A stretch of 64,000 nucleotides of DNA, taken from a candidate division WOR-3 bacterium. Its GTDB lineage: Bacteria; Hydrothermota; UBA3072. Below, in pieces: positions 1 to 9,000 of the stretch. The translations under genes and the position numbers were made by a program. The DNA lies in NCBI GenBank assembly GCA_023131835.1, contig JAGLZA010000024.1, positions 2,377 through 66,376 of the forward strand, read 5' to 3'. A model generated the notes under the pieces. That model was not told the origin of the DNA, did not search any database, and was given only the letters and a program-made list of their open reading frames with translations. The number at the start of each line of letters is the position of its first letter. The first letter of the stretch is position 1.

Positions 1-1062
1 ATCCTCAGCTACCTTGCTCTTAACGAACTTATCGAAGAACACCATATACACCGTTTCTTTGATAGTCCTATGTTGTCTGATCTTTGCATACTGCACCATC
101 TCACGGATGGTCGGATAATCCTGTAGCTCGCCTTTCTCGTAGCTTGCTTTCATCGCTTTAACTAAACCTATCACTATATGTTGCTCTTCCTCTTTCTTTA
201 TACCATTCACCCTAAGTATTTCTTTCAGTATGTTATCATTCGGAAACGGTATGTTTTTCTCGATAAACCTCGAATGCAACGCTCGGTTTAAAGTAAACAG
301 ACCTTCATAGCCTACGTTCGCTGTTGCTACTACATACAACTTCCCTGCACCATTTAGTTTCAGAACTTCTCCAGTCGGTTTAATCTCCAACTGGTGTTGA
401 AAATCTAACAAGCTATGCAACATCATCGCTATCCCTGGATTAATTGCGTTAATCTCCTCAATCACTAACATCGCATCCTGACCACCGCATGCAGTCTTCA
501 CCGCTTGAGTTATCATACCGTCCACAAAAGTATTAAAATCTACGTAGTATCCTACGAGGTCGCTTTCGGTTACTCCGTGTGAACAATTAAAAGTATACCT
601 CGGTATGTTCCAGTTTTTTGCAATGCTCGCTGTTAGAAGAGATTTACCTATGCCTCTGTCACCTGTTAGCATCAGGTTCTCACCTATCTTCAAGACCATC
701 TCCGCATCCTTTATTACTTGTTTACTACCAATGTACTTTTCCAGTTTGTTTACTTTGTAGTTTTCGTATGATGTACTTATGTGTCGTATACCGTTTGCTT
801 GTTTGTTTGGTTCTTTGTTTTTTGGTAAACCTTTTTTTCTGATTACTTTCTCTCCATCTATGGTCTCTATCTCAATTAAACCTTTGTAAAGTAGTTTGCC
901 TAATCGCCATGCAATATCGTTCTCTGATACACCTATTATAGTAGATAATTTGGTTTCGGTTATACCTGCATCCTCAGATCTATAGATGGCTTCACGTACT
1001 CTTTTAAGGATTGGATTATGGGTTTTCATTTTTGCTTCAATCAAAGCCCCTTTATTTTTCAT
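1..1062 (-). CDS. MoxR/AAA_5-type AAA+ ATPase with N-terminal winged-helix domain; 3' end lies beyond the window (partial).
   Basis: I translated the minus strand by hand from the ATG at 1062-1060 and found no stop down to position 1. Walker A is LMLTGDRGIGKS and Walker B is MLVIEEINAINP. A sensor/arginine-finger-like ATANVGYEG...LHSRF follows. The N-terminus has a wHTH-like IIGVSENDIAWRLGKLLYKGLIE. A GGAGGTGA RBS precedes the start. The gene is missing from the ORF track because it has no in-window stop. Confidence 0.6.
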   Translation of the reverse strand, partial: MKNKGALIEAKMKTHNPILKRVREAIYRSEDAGITETKLSTIIGVSENDIAWRLGKLLYKGLIEIETIDGEKVIRKKGLPKNKEPNKQANGIRHISTSYENYKVNKLEKYIGSKQVIKDAEMVLKIGENLMLTGDRGIGKSLLTASIAKNWNIPRYTFNCSHGVTESDLVGYYVDFNTFVDGMITQAVKTACGGQDAMLVIEEINAINPGIAMMLHSLLDFQHQLEIKPTGEVLKLNGAGKLYVVATANVGYEGLFTLNRALHSRFIEKNIPFPNDNILKEILRVNGIKKEEEQHIVIGLVKAMKASYEKGELQDYPTIREMVQYAKIRQHRTIKETVYMVFFDKFVKSKVAED

Positions 1063-1223
1063 TTTTCACCTCCTTCACTTAAAAAGAAATCAATCATAGC
1101 TTCTTCTGTACCGCATTTACTACATATTTCTGTCTTGTTATCCCTTCTACTTAAAGCTGGAAAATCGGTTGTTTCTTCTCCACACCGTGGACAAATCCAA
1201 GGAATTATATTTGGTTTTTCCAT
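1059..1223 (-). CDS. Small zinc-ribbon protein (54 aa), translationally coupled to the AAA+ ATPase by an ATGA overlap.
   Basis: Hand translation gives MEKPNIIPWICPRCGEETTDFPALSRRDNKTEICSKCGTEEAMIDFFLSEGGEK with CPRC..CSKC. GGAGGTGAGC lies just upstream. The stop TGA overlaps the ATG of the downstream ATPase gene. The ORF is below the 60-aa threshold of the track. Confidence 0.5.
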   Translation of the reverse strand: MEKPNIIPWICPRCGEETTDFPALSRRDNKTEICSKCGTEEAMIDFFLSEGGEK

Positions 1224-1224
1224 C

Positions 1225-1425
1225 TTATTCGCTCACCTCCACAAACCGCTCTTCCCTTCCACTACCATTCTCAAATACATACATAACTAATTGCCTCTCG
1301 TTACTTCTTGTGAACAGCTTAGGCAATAATACAACTGCTCGACTTAGCACACCTCTTACCATGTTTCGGGTCATCTTTTTATCACCCATCGGAGCAGGAT
1401 AGAATCGAACTATCACATCCTGCAA
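1225..1425 (-). CDS. Hypothetical 66-aa protein, first gene of a putative three-gene operon with the zinc-ribbon and AAA+ ATPase genes.
   Basis: ORF from the track. Its 3' end contains the GGAGGTGA RBS of the next gene, and its stop sits 1 nt before that gene's ATG. No recognisable domain. Confidence 0.35.
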   Translation of the reverse strand: MQDVIVRFYPAPMGDKKMTRNMVRGVLSRAVVLLPKLFTRSNERQLVMYVFENGSGREERFVEVSE

Positions 1426-2261
1426 AGTTTCATTGCCTCTCTAGTCTTTAAATTATGTGTTAGTCCTTAAAACAAGAAACTACCATACTGCTCCAAAATA
1501 TTTATGGACATCGTCATTGGTATAAACCTCTGATGTCCAACACCAACATCGCATTATCACGTCTCCACATCTTTGTATAAGATTTTTAGTCCATAATGAA
1601 CTTCAAAGGTTTAGCCGAATGTAGCATATTATAGACCTAATAGTCTTAAAAGAAATTAGTCCTATCCATCTCACTAAAGAGAATAAAAATTAGAAAGAAC
1701 TAATAGAAACGGAAGATCAACAACCTCGGTGGATACTAAGAGACTTAGATGACTCATTAAGCCATTAACGGTAATAATTATTCATCCCTTCTCCTTATCA
1801 GAAAATTTAAACTCGTATTTTAACTATCCAGTTCCTCTTAGCATTTTTGTTGATCTCCTGTGTAAAAAACTAACCACCAAGCAAGGCACAGGTTTTAAGG
1901 CTCTTCACCCTTTTACGTGTCTCAAACAGGATTGGATTACCCTTGCACACCTCTTCCTGTTCTCATATGCGAAAACAAAAAACAAAAACTGTTGGCTCGT
2001 CTTTGTTTCTCGACTTCGACTTATTTAAATACATGTTTATATCCCTATATAAAGTGATAGGTTATATTAAAAAATATTTTAAACTTGTTATCTAAAGAAG
2101 TAATATATGTTACCTAAAAAGGTAATAAGTATTGTCTATATAGGTTATGATAATAGGAATATTTATTGGAAATAAAGGTCGTAGCGTAGCCGCTTTTTTG
2201 TCACGCTTTTTCGAGAAAAGGGGGCATTGGAGTTGGAAGATGAAATAGGGGTTGTATGCCA

Positions 2262-3083
2262 TTACGCTTTTTCATTAATGTTTTTTAGAGAATCCTTATG
2301 TATTATATTTTTTGGTAAAAAACATTTGCCATCAGTAAGATAGTTAAGACTTACGGTGAAAAACTCTTCCCAATATTTGCGGTCTCCACTAGTTTTTGCG
2401 TGACAGCTTTTACACAATGGTACAAATAAGGGCTTCACGTCGTTACAGCAGACCATCTTGTTGTAGTTGACGTGGTGAACTGAAAGACGCTGTCCGTTAT
2501 CGGTTTCGTTTTTACCACATACATAACAGCATCTACCGAAGAAGTTTCGGACTCGCTCCTTAAATTCATTGTTGAATTTTATACAGTAAGGTTCGGATGA
2601 AATACCATCTTGCCAATTCCAGTGTTTTTCACCAGCCATTAAGTATCCTTTACCCCTCATTCCACTATTATCCCTCATATGTTGTTTATGTTCTTCTGAA
2701 TGTGGTTTACCTAAATGCGCATCTCTATTCTTTTGGTTAGATTCTTTAGTATGATGTTTACCATACATACCATGTTTCTCACCTGCAATTAAGTATCCTT
2801 TTCCATACATACCAGTTTCTTCACCTCTCTTACCAAACATTGGACATTTATCACCTGTCCTACCATACATAGGATTATTTTCATCAGAATGTTTCTTACA
2901 CCAACCTTCTGATACTATTAAGGCATTAGGGAATTGCTTTCTATATTCATGCATAGTTATACCGTGTGTTTTAAGGTGAGTAACTGTGATAAACTCAAAT
3001 TCTCTACCACAAATTTTACATTTAATTTTTGGTAGTATCCTATGGTTCTGCTCTTCTTCATCAAATGTTTTTTGAATAATCAT
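2262..3083 (-). CDS. HNH homing-endonuclease-like protein (HNH-1): N-terminal C2H2-like zinc finger, NUMOD3-like G(K/R)xG repeats, C-terminal HNH/zinc-binding nuclease motif.
   Basis: The N-terminus reads KCKICGREF...THLKTHG. Repeats NPMYGRTGDKCPMFGKRGEETGMYGKGY follow. The C-terminus reads CCYVCGKNETDNGQRLSVHHVNYNKMVCCNDVKPLFVPLCKSCHAKT, which is the HNH signature. The gene starts 8 nt after the stop of the 2518-aa gene. The C-terminal ~100 aa is near-identical to the paralogs at 10908 and 36052. Confidence 0.8.
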   Translation of the reverse strand: MIIQKTFDEEEQNHRILPKIKCKICGREFEFITVTHLKTHGITMHEYRKQFPNALIVSEGWCKKHSDENNPMYGRTGDKCPMFGKRGEETGMYGKGYLIAGEKHGMYGKHHTKESNQKNRDAHLGKPHSEEHKQHMRDNSGMRGKGYLMAGEKHWNWQDGISSEPYCIKFNNEFKERVRNFFGRCCYVCGKNETDNGQRLSVHHVNYNKMVCCNDVKPLFVPLCKSCHAKTSGDRKYWEEFFTVSLNYLTDGKCFLPKNIIHKDSLKNINEKA

Positions 3084-3091
3084 TTTTCCGC

Positions 3092-6000
3092 CTATTTATA
3101 CTCATAATCCGCTCCTCTATCTTCCTCTTTTTCGCCATATCCAAATTCTTCAGCAGCAATTCCAAAAATCTTTACTACTGCATAGATATAGATAATCACT
3201 GCCATAATTACCAGCAATAAACCTGCAAACTCGAACTCCAGGAGAGCTTCGGATATGTAACACTGGTAGCCGAGCATAAGGAATATTGTGGGTGAAATAA
3301 ACAACATAACTATATCCATATAGAAATCATACCCTACTTCTAACAAACCCAGCACCAAAAAAATAAATGCTAGCACTACAAAAATCCCAAATATCATACT
3401 TGTTCCTATCATTTCGTTCTCCTCAATTAATTGTTTATTTTGGTTATATATAAAGGTTAGTTGTTCTAATATATCTCCATACTCTTCCTCACCAATTGTT
3501 ACAGTCCACGTGACCGTGTTTGAAGTTCCGTTTGTGTTCGTCCCATAGACAGAGACGGTTTTCGTGCCATTTGATGTCCAATTTAAAGTTATGTTATCAT
3601 AATTATGATTTTGATCTATCCCATCCTTTTTCCAAGTCCATGTAATTATGGTTTGGTCTGCTACTGCACTAAAGTTTATTGCTGCTTGAGAAAGATTAAC
3701 TTGAAAACTTATTACACCGTCACCCGTAATGTTATTGTACCACGAAGTAATTGAAGGAGCAGCTACCGATTCGGTTAGTGTGATATTCTGATTGGTTTTA
3801 TCCACCCCGTTTACTGTTACTGTCGTTGAATTTGGTATGTATCCATCCTTGGTTGCGGTTAGAAGATAAGTATCGTTTGCTATACCTTCCAGTTTGTAAT
3901 ATCCTGTTGCATCAGTGTTATCATTTACGCCTGTTAGATTGTTCGTTACATGTGCCGTTTGAAGCGGTGCTCCCGTTGTATTTATCACGTAACCGCTAAT
4001 ATTATAAGTAACAAGAGGAACACCAATTTCAAATGTACCTGTTACCCAACTACTAAATTCGTAATTATCTTTTGTTCTTACTTGAACATAATAAGTTATT
4101 CCTTCACTTAAACCTGAACCAGCATAAGTTGCTGATGTAGCTGAGCTTGCTACTTGTCCGCTGTTCCACATATCGCTTGCACCCACATCTAACCCTACAT
4201 AAACCTGATAATGAGATTGTGTATCTCCTTCATCATCGGAATATGTCCACGAAAAATCGGGAGTATAATCACTTATGTCTGTTGGATTAGTTTGTCCTTC
4301 TGTCAAAAGGTTTGTTGTCATAGGTTCACTATTCATTCTAAATTCATCAGCAGTAGTATAATTACTCCACAATGAACCATCATAACTTCTCAATCTGTAA
4401 TAATAGGTTGTTCCGTCGGAAAGGGGTATAGTATTGCCCAAATTACATGTCTCACTTGTTGTATGCGTTTCGTTATCAGTCGGAGTGCTGGTTGTTCCTA
4501 CATAAACATAAGTTGTAACGGTATCACCATCTGCATCTGTACCTTTAGTCCATGTAATAGTTGGTGTGTGGTCAGTTAGATTCATACCTAAATCAGTCCA
4601 TCCTGTTGGTACGGTAGGTGCATTATTAGGTATCTGTGTGTTCTGTGAAATAAATGAAGATAAATTCCCAGTAGTAGCGTTATATCCAGCAACTGATATG
4701 TTACTCCATACGTGAGGCAATAAACCCGTATTATTGTAATATGTATTTGATGAGTCATTTGTCCAGCTATTATTTACTGAAACATTAAAAGTATCTGTAT
4801 TTATTCCTGTGTCCCAAGTATGATTTATCCAAAAATTACCAGTTGTATTTTGAAGGTTAGTTGGTGTCCCAGGTTCCGCACCACTTACCGTTATAGTCAT
4901 AGTGTAATTATCATAGCTACCATAACCGTCTGATACACCAAAATCAACATAATAAATACCTTCTACCGAAGTCCAGTTGCCTATCCCTGTTACAGTAGAA
5001 AAATCTGTAAACAAATCAGTTCTATTACATGAGAATGTTGGGGTATCGCTATCAGTATCTGTAGCATCATAATCTACATAAACATTTTGAGTTTTAAATC
5101 CAGTCCAATCTGAAATATTTGTTATTGTTATTGGATTGTTTGGTATTTGAACATTGTCCGATACATTTCCAGAACTTAATGTTCCGTTATCGCTGGAATT
5201 AAATGCCCATACACTGATATTAGACCACCCGTGTGGACTCATCCCAGAGCCATTGTAAAATGTATTTGTAGTGTTGTACCATGAATTGTTTACAGAAACA
5301 TTATAACTATCCGTTACGTAACCATCACTTCCATTATCCCATGTGTGATTAACATAAAAATTACCTGTAGTGTTCTGGAGATTTATCGGATCAGGTGGTG
5401 TAAATATTAATACAGTAACATTACTATAAGTTGGTGTTGTTGCATTAAAATAATGTGTTGTGTTGTAAAATCTAACAGTGTAATTATAAATACCTGCTGT
5501 ACTTTCGTTCCACGTAAAATTAACATAATCAACAACAGAAGAATTAGTACTTATAATATTTCCATCTTCTAATAGGTCTGCTAAACCGTAGAACGTGTCA
5601 CTATATTCCTCTATTAGACTTGCATTGATAAAGAAATCAACATTCTTACCAACGGATTGAGTACCATTACTATCCATAGTTGCAGTATTGTTTCTTTTCG
5701 TTATCTCATAATAAAATGAAGATGTGTCGTTATTAGCACTTGGAGTACTAGAATTTAAGTAGATTGTCACAGAAACATTAGTAACTGGTGAACCTACATT
5801 GTGTGATTCATTTGCCCATTCATCAAGGGTCAGATTCAAGTTTCCGAAACTTTTATTAGTAAATTCTGCATTAGTAAAATTCATCCAGACATTTGAGGCG
5901 TTGGCTACAGTTACATCTGCTGAAAAGTTTGAACTCCAATCTTGCCCCCAATCTTGTTTAACATTGGAGACGTTGCCTATTGTTAGAACAGGTGGTAAAA

Positions 6001-9000
6001 CTGTTACATTACTATAGTTCGAGGTTGTGACATTATTATAATGTGTTAGATTATAAAAACGAACTGTATAGTTATAAGTACCGACTGAACTTTCATTCCA
6101 TGTAAAGTTAACATAGTCAATAATTGATGAATTAGTTGAGATGACTGATCCATCCTCTAATAAATCCGCTGCACCGTAAAAGGTATCACCATACTCTTCT
6201 ATTAGACTCGCATTAATAAAGAAATCTCGATAGATTCCTATGTTTTGCGTAGCATTACTATCCATAGTAGCAGTGTTATTTCGTTTTGTAATTTCATAGT
6301 AAAACGATACCGTACCATTAATACTGCCAGGAGTACTCGAATTTAGAGAAACATTTACTGAGATATTAATAATGGGTGATTCGATATTATGTGACTCATT
6401 TACCCATTCATCAATAGAAGTATTAAGCCATCCTAAGCTGGTATTTGTAAAGTTATTATGTGAAAAATTCATCCAGGTATCTTTAGCATTTTGTCCAAGA
6501 ACATGGGCACTGAAATTTGAGTTCCAGTCTTGACCCCAGTCTTTTTTTATATTTTGCTCACCACTGATAGTGAGCGAAAGTGTAGGTGGATTAATTGTAA
6601 AATTAACATCTAACCATGTTATTGTACTAACACCTTCATCATCAGTAGCGTTTACTTGTAGTGTGAAATTATCAACTTCAGAATAGTAAGAAGAACTATC
6701 AAATGATATATTAATAAACATATTATCTCTCATAGTATCATTAAAAGTATTATTTATGATTGCAACAAAAGTTCTGTTTCCGTAGTGTAAAGTGAGGTTG
6801 TGTGATACATCTCCATCATCTGGATCTGATGCCAGTGCAATTCCAATATCAAAAGTCCCTGAATATGTATGATTCATCTCTAGATCTTTCTCGTCTTGGT
6901 AATAAAAATAAACAATACCAGGCTTTGTGGGTGGAAAGTAAGCCTTCTCTATATCAGTTGTATTTATTGTACTGTTTGTCCATGTTCCAACATTATCAGC
7001 AATATAAAGTTGATGTTTGAACTGATGTCCTCTATGTCTGTCTGAAACAAATGCATTTGTTGTATATAGATTCTCAATTAAAGGAGCATTATCACCTATC
7101 CAAGTTACATTACATTCACCAAAGGTACGGTTTGTTGAGGTAGGATCATTTGTCATATTCAAAGAATAAGGTTTCGATTGGGATGTTTCTGTATTAAAGC
7201 ATACCCACGCAGTGTTTGTTGTATTAATACCAGCATCTACAATAGCTGATTGATTTATGCTAAATGCTTTGATATAAGATGAATTTCTAACATTATATAA
7301 ATAATCAACCCATGTACTTGCATTATGTTCAGTTACAAAGAATCCATAAGGTGAATCTTCTGGATTTACAGAACCTTCTGGATCATAGCTACTATTTAGA
7401 TAATATAAAAAGATAGGCTTACTTGGCACACTTCCACCAAAATGAGTATCTAAGTAGAAGTTAAAAAGATAATCATGGTGATCATAGAATGTCTCTAAAT
7501 TCCATATTTTAATACAAGGTCTGCTACTCTTATGAATATCTAAATTCGTCATTGTAGCATTTTGTTGCTCTTCTCTATTTAGATACCACATATTTATAGA
7601 TGCAGTATCTCTTATAGTTCCATTCCAGTGGATTAAGGTATATGTGGAGTTTACAGGTTCAATAGTTAGTCTTGTAGTATTCTCATCTCCACCTCCCCAT
7701 TCATATACGTTTCCTCTTGTAATAGTTGCATTATCTTCAAAATTTAGTGTATAATTTCGATTATCTGCTCTTAAAATGTGCTCTCCTATTATAAATTCTA
7801 ATGCACTACGGTTATTAGATGGAACTCGTATGGAGTGGTTATATGTACCATCTATTGGATTATAAACAGTATAGATAAATGAAACTGAAGTATTATTCAG
7901 ACCACCGCTACCATGACTAATACCATAAGTAATATTCAAATTTCCAGTTGAATTTTGGTATAAAATAGAAGGGTCTTGTGATAGGAGGGTTATTGTGGGT
8001 GGCGGGATAGTTACATTACTATAAGTCGGTGTCGTGGCATTAAAATAGTAAGTGGTGTTATAGAATCTTACTGTATAATTGTACTGTCCAGCAGTACTTT
8101 CGTTATGTGTAAAATTTACATAATCAGTAACAGTGGAATTTGTTAGAACTACTGCTCCGTCTTCAAGTAAATCAGCAGCTCCGTAGAATGTATCCGAGTA
8201 TTCTTCATTAAGAGTAGCGTTGATAAAGAAGTCTTGATCAGTGTATGACATACTTTGTATAGCGGCACTATCCATTGTGGCTGTGTTGTTTCTCTTGGTA
8301 ATTTCATAAAAGAAGGTGTCACTATCATTTGCAGCTCCTAAAGCAGTTGATGTTAATTCCACAGTAACGGAAACATTAGTAACTGGAGCAGTGACATTAT
8401 GGGATTCATTTACCCATTCATCCAGAGTGCGATTTAACCATCCCAAACTTGTATTTGTAAATTCGGCATTGGTAAAGTTCATCCATACCTCGGATGCATT
8501 TGCCCCTGTTACATTAGCACTAAAATTGGAGTTCCAGTCACGCCCCCAATCTTCCTCATAGTTCTGAATGTTACCAGTTGTTAATGTTGGTCCTACAACA
8601 GTCACATTTGAATACCCAGAAGTAGTATTATCATAGTGAGTAAGATTATAAAACCTTACGGTATAATTGTAAACACCTACGGTGCTTTCGTTCCACGTGA
8701 AATTAACATAATCAACTATGGATGAATTAGTGGATATAGTTACGCCATCTTCTAAGAGATCCGCTGCACCATAGAATGTGTCTCCATACTCCTCATTACA
8801 AGTGGCATTAATATAGAAATTATCGTTTATACCTACGGTTTGCGTTGCAGAAGAATCCATCGTAGCGGTATTGGTTCGATTGGTTATCTCATAATAGAAG
8901 GTATCAGTATCGTTGGTTACTCCAACAGTGGTTGAATTAAGGTAAATTGTTACTGAGATGTTTGTTATTGGAGTATCAATATTATGTGATTCGTTCACCC

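Noticed and set aside
1018-1402. Plus-strand track ORFs 1018..1290 and 1169..1402.
   Set aside because: They are antisense to the coupled zinc-ribbon and AAA+ genes, which have strong RBSs and recognisable motifs.
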